Shown here one piece after another: positions 7,823 to 17,372 of a DNA stretch of 64,000 nucleotides (positions are counted from its first letter, which is position 1; the number at the start of each line of letters is the position of its first letter). A model generated the notes under the pieces. The model ran no database searches, was not told where the DNA came from, and saw nothing but the letters and a program-made list of their open reading frames with translations. The stretch covers positions 197,379 through 261,378 of the forward strand of contig JADKKH010000006.1 in NCBI GenBank assembly GCA_016720585.1. The letters run 5' to 3'. The DNA comes from Chitinophagaceae bacterium (GTDB lineage Bacteria; Bacteroidota; Bacteroidia; Chitinophagales; Chitinophagaceae). The position numbers were made by a program, and so were the translations under genes.

Positions 7823-9622
7823 ATGAAACAGATTCCAGCAATACTTATTGCCCTGCTGATTGTAAACACTATGGTTGCCCAGGTGGTAAGGGATCATCGT
7901 ACTGACAAGCTTAAAAAGCCTGCCGATAAGTTAGAAATTATGACACCGGTCGGGCAGAATGTAGTGTTGTATGAACAGGGTAATTACCAGGGCCAATCAA
8001 AAGTACTCGGTCCCGGCGTGTACAGATTTTTTGACAGCAATGATTTCAATGATATGGCTTCGTCCATTAAAGTATCGGCCGGCATGGCTGTTATTATTTT
8101 CGAAAATGCCAACGAAATGGGCGGCTATGGAATGTATACTGATTTACTGGAGGATTGCCCCGATCTGAACGTTTATAATTTTAATGACAAGGTTTCATAT
8201 ATCAATGTGATCAATACTGTAAAACCGGAAGGATTTGTATGGGCGAGGAACCGGATGAAAGATAACCAGTTTGTTCCCGGGCATTGGGAAAGAAAAAGAG
8301 CCAATGGCGTATTGCCCGATAATGCACCTCCTGCGATCGTATCTACGTTGGCACCGACTTTCGACGCTGCCGATGCCTCCCATGCACCACAGGCCTCACA
8401 GGCTGAAATAGACGAATTCAATGCTGTACAAAAAAATCAGTTGGGTGTGGGTGTGCTGGGTGGCGAAACAACCAGGCCATTTTATTATCATCATAATCAA
8501 TCCGGAGAAGAAGTATATAAATATAAAAAAGTGATAGATCCGGCTCGTTTGCCCGGAAAGTTTTTTGATTGGGCCAGCGAAAAACTCGGAAGGGCAGGGA
8601 TCATAATAAAACCTTTTGAAGTCCTTACCGATGTCGCCGGTGATATCAAAGATTGGATCTTTGGATCCAGTTCAACCAAAATGGAAATGGATTGCTGGTA
8701 TCCTGATTCAGAGTTCAAAAAAACGGTTTGTGGGAAAATGGAAGAGGATGTTGAGATCTGTACGCAGGATTACTCGCATACCCAGGTTACCATTGATAAA
8801 GATGTATGTTTTAACCTGATGCCTTCAGAAACTTTCAGGTCTATGCTGACCAACAGGTGGACAGGTGAAACGCATGGTAAAATAGAAGGAGAAGTGAAGA
8901 CGATTAATTTAGCAAACTACAATCCTCAAACACAGAAGTCAACTGAAACGACAACCCCCCGTAATCCTTTATTAATGGAAATAAAAAAAGATGAAAATGT
9001 CTGTTTCTTTGGTCCCTGGATGGGGGATATCCTTGACATTAATGTAAAAGTTCCAATCCCTTTCACTGATGCAAGTATAGATATCGGAAATATCAACCTG
9101 AGGAATAGTAACGAAATACATCCTATTAACCAGTTTTGGCGCAAAAAAGGAAATGAAACGCAACTTATTGCCATGGCAGACGGCACGGGTTATTTTCAAA
9201 AAACAGGCAATAATGAAATTGCTGCTTCCGGAATTAACCAGCGTATGCGTTTTTATATGGCATTTTTTCTGCCTCCGCATACGAATGCGCTTATGGCTGT
9301 TAACCGGATTTATGATGTAAATGGAGTTGCTTTTGAGTTTATGGATAACCCTGTACTGGACATTCAGCCGGAAACTGTAACTCTAAAATTAAATGGTGCT
9401 ACCCGAGTCACTGTAAATGACAATTCGGTCATCCGGAATCAGAAAACACATCGGGTGTTTTTTGATAAGGTAAGAGCAAGGCCTAATGGCGCTGTGCAGG
9501 GCTATATCGTTATTGAAACCGAACCTATTCGGAAAAAGGGTGGTTCAATTAATGTTTTTGTAAAAGACCAGACTGTTGATAACAGTCCTGTGAGTCCGGT
9601 AAAACCTGTAAATAGTCAATAA
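7823..9622 (+). CDS. hypothetical secreted protein with an N-terminal beta/gamma-crystallin-like segment
   Basis: Signal peptide MKQIPAILIALLIVNTMVAQ. Residues around VVLYEQGNYQGQSKVLGPGVYRFFD..NDMASSIKV resemble a Greek-key crystallin motif. I do not recognise the remaining ~450 aa. Confidence 0.6.
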   Translation: MKQIPAILIALLIVNTMVAQVVRDHRTDKLKKPADKLEIMTPVGQNVVLYEQGNYQGQSKVLGPGVYRFFDSNDFNDMASSIKVSAGMAVIIFENANEMGGYGMYTDLLEDCPDLNVYNFNDKVSYINVINTVKPEGFVWARNRMKDNQFVPGHWERKRANGVLPDNAPPAIVSTLAPTFDAADASHAPQASQAEIDEFNAVQKNQLGVGVLGGETTRPFYYHHNQSGEEVYKYKKVIDPARLPGKFFDWASEKLGRAGIIIKPFEVLTDVAGDIKDWIFGSSSTKMEMDCWYPDSEFKKTVCGKMEEDVEICTQDYSHTQVTIDKDVCFNLMPSETFRSMLTNRWTGETHGKIEGEVKTINLANYNPQTQKSTETTTPRNPLLMEIKKDENVCFFGPWMGDILDINVKVPIPFTDASIDIGNINLRNSNEIHPINQFWRKKGNETQLIAMADGTGYFQKTGNNEIAASGINQRMRFYMAFFLPPHTNALMAVNRIYDVNGVAFEFMDNPVLDIQPETVTLKLNGATRVTVNDNSVIRNQKTHRVFFDKVRARPNGAVQGYIVIETEPIRKKGGSINVFVKDQTVDNSPVSPVKPVNSQ

Positions 9623-9634
9623 AAATTGGGCAAT

Positions 9635-9679
9635 AGACAATTGGCAACATTCAAACCTATCACGCATTGCCAATTGTCT
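9635..9679. terminator. 12-bp perfect inverted repeat between convergent genes (possible terminator or protein-binding palindrome)
   Basis: agacaattggca (9635-9646) / tgccaattgtct (9668-9679) with a 21-nt loop. There is no strong T-run on the + side and a TTTTT lies 8 nt beyond it on the - side. Confidence 0.35.
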
Positions 9680-9684
9680 GTTAG

Positions 9685-10407
9685 CTATCCCATATTATGA
9701 AACACCTTCTGCACATCCTCATCCTGTTCTAATTTATCAATCAGCTTACTGACATCCGCTGCCTGTTCATCATTGAGTGGAACGGTTACTGTTGGTATCC
9801 ATTCCAGTTCCGCTGTGATGGGAACAATTCCTTTATCTTCCAAAGCCTTTTGCATATTACCAAAATCAGTAAAGCCACAACGGACCACTAAAATTTCTTC
9901 TCCGTTTTCACCTGTGCCTTCGCCCAATTCTTCCAATCCAAAATCAATCAGTTCCAATTCCATGTCTTCGGCATTCAATCCTTCCGGTTTCAATTTGAAC
10001 ACCCCCATTTTTTTAAATTGAAAAGACACACTCCCACTGTTACCCAATGTTCCATGTCCTTTGGTGAAACAGGATTTTACATTCGCCACCGTCCTTACAT
10101 GGTTATCAGTGGCTGTTTCTACCAATATCGCTACACCATGCGGGGCATAACCTTCATACAGGATCTCATCATAGTTCACCAGCTCTTTTCCCTGGGCTCT
10201 TTTAATCGCTGCTTCTACACGGTCTTTGGGCATGCCCACACTCCGGGCATTCTGAAAACAGCGGCGCAGGGCTGCATTATCTTTGGGATCCGGGCCACCG
10301 GCTTTTACAGCAATAATGATCTCTTTACCAATACGGGTAAAGTTCTTGGCCATCTTATCCCAGCGGGCAAACATCGAGGATTTTCGTACTTCAAAAATTC
10401 TTCCCAT
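9685..10407 (-). CDS. YebC/PmpR family DNA-binding transcriptional regulator
   Basis: 240 aa. [41 protein letters not shown] is the canonical YebC N-terminus. Confidence 0.9.
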   Translation of the reverse strand: MGRIFEVRKSSMFARWDKMAKNFTRIGKEIIIAVKAGGPDPKDNAALRRCFQNARSVGMPKDRVEAAIKRAQGKELVNYDEILYEGYAPHGVAILVETATDNHVRTVANVKSCFTKGHGTLGNSGSVSFQFKKMGVFKLKPEGLNAEDMELELIDFGLEELGEGTGENGEEILVVRCGFTDFGNMQKALEDKGIVPITAELEWIPTVTVPLNDEQAADVSKLIDKLEQDEDVQKVFHNMG

Positions 10408-10507
10408 GGGTATTTGTTAATTCGTAAAAAAGTTAATTGGTTAATCAGGCCTTGCGTGCCTGGGCTTAAACGAAGGCGGCTGCAAATCTAAGGCAATAGG
10501 ATTAAAT

Positions 10508-10544
10508 GAAAAACCGTCCCACCTGGTAAAGGATGGAACGGTTT
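10508..10544 (-). terminator. Rho-independent terminator after the amino-acid permease gene
   Basis: On the minus strand aaaccgttcca / tgggacggttt forms a stem with one G-U pair, followed by TTTTT. It lies about 20 nt past the stop at 10567. Confidence 0.6.
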
Positions 10545-10566
10545 AATGATCAGCGATTATCTTTTA

Positions 10567-12219
10567 TCAGATTTTATCTTCAGCCCTGCCCAGTTTGCTT
10601 GCATAAAGCAATCCATGAACTACTGCAAGACCCAATGAAATATAGAGTAAAGTCCTGTCAGCATCAAAGCCTACGGTATTCTGATGCAGCAGACCCACTA
10701 CCACTAAAAGAACGGAAAGGGCGATACCGGTATACCGGGCCATTTTCATTCCTTTCCGGGTGTTGGTTCCATTACCCAGGTGGCTGTTTTTAGCTCCATA
10801 TACCAAATAAATATCCAGACCTATAAGCATCCACACTAATAAGCGTATCCAGGTATCCATGGGCAGGAACACCATCATAAATAAACAGGTGGCAATACCT
10901 AAAATAGGAATCAACGGCACCATCGGTGTTTTAAAGGCCCTCGGTAAGTCTGGCATTTTTTTACGCATGACCCATACACCGATACAAACGAGTATAAAGG
11001 CGAACAAGGTTCCGATACTGGTCATCTCACCCACCACTCTTGCCGGTACAAAAGCAGCAAAAGCACTTACAAACAACATGAATAATAAATTATTTTTTGC
11101 GGGTGTTTGTGTTTTGGGGTTGACAGAAGAGAAAATTTTAGGGATCAAACCATCTTTACTCATGCTAAAGAATACACGGCTTTGTCCCATCAGCATCACA
11201 AGAATCACCGATGAATATCCAAAGAGTATCGCAACCACAATAGCACGGTTCAGCCAGGGATAATCTGGTTTTAAAATACCTGCGGCATCTACTGTTCCCA
11301 TATGATCAATGGCTACAGCAACCGGGGCGATGCCATCTTTACCGGCAAAGGTTGTATAACTCGTAACACCAGTCATCACATGTGCAAACAGAATATATAA
11401 TACCGTACATATAGCCAGCGAACCTAAAATACCAATCGGCATATCCCGTTTCGGATTCTTGGCTTCCTGTGCTGCCGTACTCACCGCATCAAACCCGATA
11501 TAAGCAAAAAATACAATGGCCGCCGCCCGGATTATTCCGCTGAATCCAAAGTCGCCGAAATTGCCGGTATTATCCGGTATATAAGGATCGTAATTGGCAT
11601 TATTAATATATTTCCAGCCAAGAATAATGAACGTAAGTACAACGGCTATTTTAATGGTAACGATGATACTATTTACAAGAGCACTTCCTTTTGTTCCCCG
11701 TATCAACAGCAAGCTCATCAGAACAATGATTAAAACAGCAGGCAGATTAATGATACCGCCATCCCAGGGACCGGAGCTTAGTTCTGTTGGTAAGGTAACG
11801 CCAAAACCATCCAGGAACTTTACTAAATACCGGCTCCAGCTTATTCCTACAGTGGCAGCACCTACCGCATATTCCAGCACCAGGTCCCAACCAATGATCC
11901 AGGCCATAAATTCACCCATGGTAGCATAAGAATACGTATACGCACTACCTGCAACAGGTATCATAGAGGCAAACTCGGCATAACAAAGACCGGCAAACAA
12001 ACAACCCAAACCGGCAACTACAAATGAAAGGGTGATGGCAGGACCAGCATGATTAGCGGCAGCCATTCCGGTAATGGAAAATAAACCAGCCCCGATGATA
12101 GCGCCGATTCCCAGGGCAACCAGGCCTTTTGCACCCAGGGTTCTTTTAAGCGTATGGGTACCGGTCTCGGATGCTTCATTTAATAAAGCAGCCATCGGTT
12201 TTCTGACAAATAAACTCAT
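10567..12219 (-). CDS. amino acid permease (APC superfamily, cationic amino-acid transporter-like)
   Basis: 550 aa, about 14 hydrophobic segments. N-terminal LKRTLGAKGLVALGIGAIIGAGLF and the internal FFAYIGFDAVSTAAQEAKNPKRDMP signature are typical of the APC family. Confidence 0.85.
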   Translation of the reverse strand: MSLFVRKPMAALLNEASETGTHTLKRTLGAKGLVALGIGAIIGAGLFSITGMAAANHAGPAITLSFVVAGLGCLFAGLCYAEFASMIPVAGSAYTYSYATMGEFMAWIIGWDLVLEYAVGAATVGISWSRYLVKFLDGFGVTLPTELSSGPWDGGIINLPAVLIIVLMSLLLIRGTKGSALVNSIIVTIKIAVVLTFIILGWKYINNANYDPYIPDNTGNFGDFGFSGIIRAAAIVFFAYIGFDAVSTAAQEAKNPKRDMPIGILGSLAICTVLYILFAHVMTGVTSYTTFAGKDGIAPVAVAIDHMGTVDAAGILKPDYPWLNRAIVVAILFGYSSVILVMLMGQSRVFFSMSKDGLIPKIFSSVNPKTQTPAKNNLLFMLFVSAFAAFVPARVVGEMTSIGTLFAFILVCIGVWVMRKKMPDLPRAFKTPMVPLIPILGIATCLFMMVFLPMDTWIRLLVWMLIGLDIYLVYGAKNSHLGNGTNTRKGMKMARYTGIALSVLLVVVGLLHQNTVGFDADRTLLYISLGLAVVHGLLYASKLGRAEDKI

Positions 12220-12266
12220 ATGTTGGTTTTTATTAAGTGACTAAGTTAAGGATACAAACTAAGATT

Positions 12267-13688
12267 TTATTCTTTTGCGGTTTTCTGCCTTGATACGGCA
12301 AAATAATATAACGGAATACCTGCCAAAACGATTCCTAATCCCCAGCCTGCATAAACAGGTTTGTACCAGATAAGCAAAATGCAAAAAGCAATTGCCATCA
12401 ATATATAAATGGCTGGTAATAAGGGATAGCCAAATGCTTTATAAGGCCTTTCTAATCCGGGTTTATTTTTTCTTAAAATAAAAATTCCAAGAATGGTCAA
12501 TGCATAGAACATCACTACTACAAATGAAATCATATCCAGCAAATCGCCATATTTACCACTAAGGCATAAAAGTGAAGCCACGATACACTGTACCCACAAT
12601 GCAAATTCAGGAACATTATGTTTATTTAACCGACCAGCCTGCTTAAAAAATAAGCCATCCTTTGCCATAGCATTATAAACCCTTGCACCTGCCAGTATCA
12701 ATCCATTGTTACAACCAAAAGTGGAAATCATTATCATCACTGCGATTACATACGTACCAATATTTCCAAAAATAGCCCTGCTTGCTGAAACAGCTACCCG
12801 ATCCTGTGGAGCGGATGCAATTTCATTTAGTGGCAGCACATTCAGGTACATAAGGTTTGCTGCTACGTATATGATAGTTACGATCATAGTACCCAAAAAC
12901 AAACTCAACCCGATATTACGTTTGGGGTTTTTTACTTCACCTGCAATGAAGGTTACATTATTCCAGGCATCGCTGCTGAATATTGATCCAACCATTGATG
13001 CAGCAATGGCACCCAGTATGGCACTGCCCGTGACCCCGCCAATTATTATACCTTCCGCATTGCGTGACTGCATGTTCCAGGCATCAGCCCAGTTTGCATT
13101 CCATACGCCGGGCTTTGAAGCCAGCAAAAAGCCAAATACTATTAATCCAAAAAGCGATAATAATTTTACAACCGTAAAAGTTGTTTGTATCGTTTTTCCA
13201 CCTTTGATGCCTTTGGTATTTATATATGTCAGGAAAATAATCAGCACAATAGAAACCAGCTGACCCGCATTAATTTTTATAAAACCTAAATCAGCCAATA
13301 TATTTTCCGGGCCTAAGGAGGGAACCAAATAAGCTAAAAATTTACTGAATGCAACTCCAACTGCTGCAATCGTTGCTGTTTGAATGACGGCAAAAAAACT
13401 CCAGCCATATAAAAATCCCATCAATGGGTTATACGCTTCTTTCAGGTAAACATATTGTCCACCGGCTTTGGGAAACATGCCGCTTAATTCACCATAACTC
13501 AGGGCTGCTGTTAATGTCATAAAACCAGTAATCAGCCACACAGCTATCAGCCAGCCTGCACTACCTACATTTCTTGTAATATCTGCACTAACGATAAAAA
13601 TACCTGAGCCGATCATGGAACCAGCCACAATCATTGTTGCGTCAAATAACCCAAGCGTTGGTTTAAAACCCGTTTGTTGTTCTGCCAT
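12267..13688 (-). CDS. amino acid permease (APC superfamily, LAT/SteT-like)
   Basis: 473 aa, 12 predicted TM segments. Motifs GSMIGSGIF, YGELSGMFPKAGGQYVYL and NVTFIAGEVKNPKRN. Confidence 0.85.
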   Translation of the reverse strand: MAEQQTGFKPTLGLFDATMIVAGSMIGSGIFIVSADITRNVGSAGWLIAVWLITGFMTLTAALSYGELSGMFPKAGGQYVYLKEAYNPLMGFLYGWSFFAVIQTATIAAVGVAFSKFLAYLVPSLGPENILADLGFIKINAGQLVSIVLIIFLTYINTKGIKGGKTIQTTFTVVKLLSLFGLIVFGFLLASKPGVWNANWADAWNMQSRNAEGIIIGGVTGSAILGAIAASMVGSIFSSDAWNNVTFIAGEVKNPKRNIGLSLFLGTMIVTIIYVAANLMYLNVLPLNEIASAPQDRVAVSASRAIFGNIGTYVIAVMIMISTFGCNNGLILAGARVYNAMAKDGLFFKQAGRLNKHNVPEFALWVQCIVASLLCLSGKYGDLLDMISFVVVMFYALTILGIFILRKNKPGLERPYKAFGYPLLPAIYILMAIAFCILLIWYKPVYAGWGLGIVLAGIPLYYFAVSRQKTAKE

Positions 13689-13841
13689 TGTGTTGGTTTT
13701 GGAGGTACCGTTGTTTTAAGCGAATGGGAAAATACTGATTTCCCGGAAAAAGGCTTAAAAAGAATTATAAACGGCTTAGCCTTAACAGATTTCCGGGATT
13801 GAGGCTAAACCTTTAGTTTTGAAATCTTACTATAAATTATT

Positions 13842-15242
13842 ATGAACAAACGAAAAGCCGGATTTCTTGCCCTTTCGCTTTTTACAGTTGTTGCCCTGCT
13901 CCATTTTATTCATGGACAGGGATGGACGACCATTTCCGGCGAAGTATTGATGACTATGCGCTGGATTTTTGTAGCCAGCCTTGTTCTGTTTGCTGTTTAT
14001 AAAAGATCATTGACGACATGGATACTGGTGGCCATGGCCATTGGGGTTGAAATCGGGCTTGATTTTCCGGCCTTCTCACAAAATCTTCAGTTTCTCAGTA
14101 AAATATTTCTCCGCTTAGTAAAAACGATTGTTGCTCCATTATTATTTGCCACATTGGTGGTTGGTATTGCCAGTCATGCCAATCTGAAACAGGTCGGCCG
14201 GATGGGTTGGAAGTCACTTTTATATTTTGAAGTGGTCACCACCATTGCTCTCCTTATCGGGTTGGTATTTATTAATATCACCAAAGCCGGTGTGGGTATA
14301 AATGTACCACAGAGTCTCTTAAAAGAATTGCCCGAAGTAAAGGTCAAAGGCTGGCAGGATCATATCATTGATATTTTCCCGGAGAACATTATCAAATCGA
14401 TTTATGAAGGCAATGTATTGCCCATCGTTTTATTCAGTGTTGTGTTTGGTATAGCCTTGGCGTTGCTGAATGAGCACAAAAAAAGACCGATGCTCAATTT
14501 TGCAGAAAGTCTGGCGGAAACGATGTTCAAATTCACCAATATCATCATGTACTTTGCTCCTTTTGGTGTTGGTGCTGCTATTGCAGTTACAGTCGGTCAT
14601 TTAGGCATAGATATTTTAAAGAATCTGGCATTATTGCTTATCACACTATACCTGGCTTTGATTGCCTTTATACTATTAGTGCTACTGCCCATTGCGATCT
14701 GGGTGGCAAAAGTGCCCATTAGGAAATTTATACAGGCCATCCGGGAACCCGTGTCCATAGCTTTTGCTACTACCAGTTCCGATTCTGCTTTGCCGAAGGC
14801 ACTGGAGAATATGGAAAAGTTTGGGGTGCCAAGAAAAATTGTATCCTTTGTAATCCCTACGGGTTACACCTTTAATCTTGACGGAACTACTTTGTACCTT
14901 TCATTGGCATCAATATTTGTAGCACAGGCCGCAGGGATGCATTTGTCATTTGGTGAGCAACTGATCATTGGTCTTACATTAATGCTTACCAGCAAAGGGG
15001 TAGCTGCTGTGCCAAGGGCCTCACTGGTAATTTTAATTGCGACCGCAACTACATTTCATTTTCCGCTATGGCCTATTATGGCTATTTATGGAATAGATGA
15101 ACTGATGGACATGGCAAGAACCTCTGTCAATGTAATCGGTAATACCCTGGCCAGCTGTGTTATTGCCCGGTGGGAGGGTGAGTTTGATGATAAAAAAGCC
15201 TTAGCCTTTAACGAAAAAGCAGCTGATGCTGTTATTGATTAA
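13842..15242 (+). CDS. dicarboxylate/amino acid:cation symporter (DAACS, GltP-like)
   Basis: 466 aa. Motifs LRLVKTIVAPLLFATLV, SSDSALP, PTGYTFNLDGTTLY and VNVIGN are typical of the SDF/DAACS family. Confidence 0.85.
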   Translation: MNKRKAGFLALSLFTVVALLHFIHGQGWTTISGEVLMTMRWIFVASLVLFAVYKRSLTTWILVAMAIGVEIGLDFPAFSQNLQFLSKIFLRLVKTIVAPLLFATLVVGIASHANLKQVGRMGWKSLLYFEVVTTIALLIGLVFINITKAGVGINVPQSLLKELPEVKVKGWQDHIIDIFPENIIKSIYEGNVLPIVLFSVVFGIALALLNEHKKRPMLNFAESLAETMFKFTNIIMYFAPFGVGAAIAVTVGHLGIDILKNLALLLITLYLALIAFILLVLLPIAIWVAKVPIRKFIQAIREPVSIAFATTSSDSALPKALENMEKFGVPRKIVSFVIPTGYTFNLDGTTLYLSLASIFVAQAAGMHLSFGEQLIIGLTLMLTSKGVAAVPRASLVILIATATTFHFPLWPIMAIYGIDELMDMARTSVNVIGNTLASCVIARWEGEFDDKKALAFNEKAADAVID

Positions 15243-15313
15243 TCGCCTTCGCCAGGCTCAGGCTGACAGAATCCTGTCATATTGAGCTTGCCGAAACATA
15301 GACAGGATTCTGG
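15243..15313. repeat. REP-like intergenic element with a 12-bp perfect inverted repeat
   Basis: cagaatcctgtc (15267-15278) / gacaggattctg (15301-15312) with a 22-nt loop, preceded by ccttcgccaggctcaggctgaca. It starts directly after the TAA stop. Confidence 0.6.
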
Positions 15314-15342
15314 CAAAATATTTTTTCAAAAAAAATGATACA

Positions 15343-16101
15343 ATGGAATTGATGTACTTATTGGATAGTTTTCACTGGAGCCAGTTATTACAACCGCAAT
15401 GGTATGTAGAGAATGGCGGATTATGGCTCTTATTATTTGTTGTTTTTGCTGAGACCGGTTTGTTCGTCGGGTTTTTCCTGCCCGGTGATTCATTACTGTT
15501 TGTTGCCGGCATATTTGCCCATAAAATGGAAAATGGTGAACCAGGATTAGCCTACCAGTTTCTGAAATTGTTCGGACTGGGTGGCATACGGAGCGAATGG
15601 ATTGACCTGTTTACTTTAGTGGCGCTTATTTCATTTGTGGGAATATTGGGTAATGCTGTTGGCTATTGGACAGGAAAAAAAGTAGGCCCGGCGATGTACC
15701 ACTGGAAAGATCGTTTTCTTTTCAAAAAAAGATATTTATACCAGGCGCATGATTTTTATGAAAAACATGGCGGGCTTGCCATTATCGGCGCCAGGTTTCT
15801 CCCCTTTATCCGCACTTTTGCCCCCATTGTTGCCGGTATCGTACAGATGGACCGTAAAAAATTTCATTTCTTTAATATTGCCGGTTGTATCGCCTGGGTA
15901 TTCACCATGATATTCGCCGGTTATTTTTTACAAAAATGGGTTTGGGATTTATTTAAGTTTGACCTGAAGGAACATCTTGAAATAATCGTACTGGGAATTG
16001 TATTAGTAACAACAGCGCCGGTCATAATAAAAATGTTTTCTTCCAGGAAGAAAACAGTAACTGATAAAACCCCACCGGTTAAGGATTCCAACCAATCGTA
16101 A
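15343..16101 (+). CDS. DedA family membrane protein
   Basis: FAETGLFVGFFLPGDSLLF and GARFLPFIRTFAPIVAG motifs. Confidence 0.85.
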   Translation: MELMYLLDSFHWSQLLQPQWYVENGGLWLLLFVVFAETGLFVGFFLPGDSLLFVAGIFAHKMENGEPGLAYQFLKLFGLGGIRSEWIDLFTLVALISFVGILGNAVGYWTGKKVGPAMYHWKDRFLFKKRYLYQAHDFYEKHGGLAIIGARFLPFIRTFAPIVAGIVQMDRKKFHFFNIAGCIAWVFTMIFAGYFLQKWVWDLFKFDLKEHLEIIVLGIVLVTTAPVIIKMFSSRKKTVTDKTPPVKDSNQS

Positions 16102-16104
16102 TTT

Positions 16105-17364
16105 ATGAATCAGCAAAAGCCAGTCTCCGTTTTTAATATTGCTGTTATCGTTGCAGCCCTGGGCTATTTTGTTGATATCTATGATTTATTACTTTTTACT
16201 ATTGTCCGGGAACCCAGTCTTGCAGGTCTGGGTGTGGATCTTGCCTTGCGGCAGGATGTTATTGCCGCCAGTACCAAAGTCATCAACTGGCAAATGTGGG
16301 GATTATTGATCGGCGGCATCATCTGGGGCATTATGGGTGATAAGAAGGGAAGACTGAGTGTGCTGTTTGGGTCCATCATTCTTTATTCGATCGCCAATTT
16401 TTTTACGGGTTTTGTAGAAACAGTAGAACAATATTCTTATGCCCGGTTTGCCGCAGGTATTGGTCTTGCCGGTGAGTTGGGAGCCGGAATAACTTTAGTA
16501 AGTGAATTACTCCCCAAAAATAAAAGAGGTATCGGTACTTCATTGGTAGCGGGTATAGGTTTATTCGGTGCTGTAGCTGCTTTTTTTACTTTTAAATTCA
16601 CCGACGACTGGCGCCTGTGTTATAAAATCGGTGCGGGTCTTGGGGTTTTATTATTGTTTTTACGGATCAGTGTGGCCGAAAGCGGTATGTTTAAGCAGGT
16701 TAAAAATCAGAATGTATCCAGAGGTAACCTGTTGATGTTTTTTAATAACGCCAAACGGTTCAAGAAATACATCCTCGCCATTCTGATCGGTATGCCCACC
16801 TGGTTTGTTATTGGTATACTGATCAACTTCAGCAACAGGTTTGCCACAGAGTTTTATGGAAAAAATGAAATTGAATCCGGTCGGGCCATTATGTATGCGT
16901 ATACTGCGATTGCGGTGGGCGATATCCTGGTGGGTTTTGTGAGCCAGTATTTTAAAAGCCGGAAGAAAGCTTTGTACCTGTTTTATTTTTTCGCCATTCT
17001 TTCCGGTATTTATTTTTTCAGCGGAAATATTAAAAATGACACGACCATGTACCTGGCCTGTGCTGCGTTGGGTTTTAGTACCGGCTTTTGGGCCATATTT
17101 GTAACTATGGGTGCCGAACAGTTTGGAACCAATCTCCGGGCAACGGCCGCTACCACCATTCCAAATTTCGTGCGGGGATCGTTACCCCTTATCAACCTCA
17201 TGTTTGTCGGGTTGTTTCAAAAAGACCTGGGCTGGACCTTTGTTAAAAGCGCCATGGTAACCGGGGTTATCGTGATGGCCATTACATTGATAGCAGCCTA
17301 TTTTACAGAAGAAACTTTTCATAAAGACCTTAATTATACAGAGCCGGAAGATGTCATTCCTTAA
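16105..17364 (+). CDS. MFS transporter
   Basis: 419 aa, about 12 TM segments. The GDKKGR loop motif between TM2 and TM3 is typical of MFS proteins. Confidence 0.8.
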   Translation: MNQQKPVSVFNIAVIVAALGYFVDIYDLLLFTIVREPSLAGLGVDLALRQDVIAASTKVINWQMWGLLIGGIIWGIMGDKKGRLSVLFGSIILYSIANFFTGFVETVEQYSYARFAAGIGLAGELGAGITLVSELLPKNKRGIGTSLVAGIGLFGAVAAFFTFKFTDDWRLCYKIGAGLGVLLLFLRISVAESGMFKQVKNQNVSRGNLLMFFNNAKRFKKYILAILIGMPTWFVIGILINFSNRFATEFYGKNEIESGRAIMYAYTAIAVGDILVGFVSQYFKSRKKALYLFYFFAILSGIYFFSGNIKNDTTMYLACAALGFSTGFWAIFVTMGAEQFGTNLRATAATTIPNFVRGSLPLINLMFVGLFQKDLGWTFVKSAMVTGVIVMAITLIAAYFTEETFHKDLNYTEPEDVIP

Positions 17365-17372
17365 AACCAGCC

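Noticed and set aside
10859-13263. ORFs 10859..11263, 11594..11929 and 12706..13263 on the plus strand
   Set aside because: They are antisense shadow ORFs lying entirely inside the two APC permease genes. Their hydrophobic, low-complexity translations are typical of the reverse strand of membrane-protein genes.
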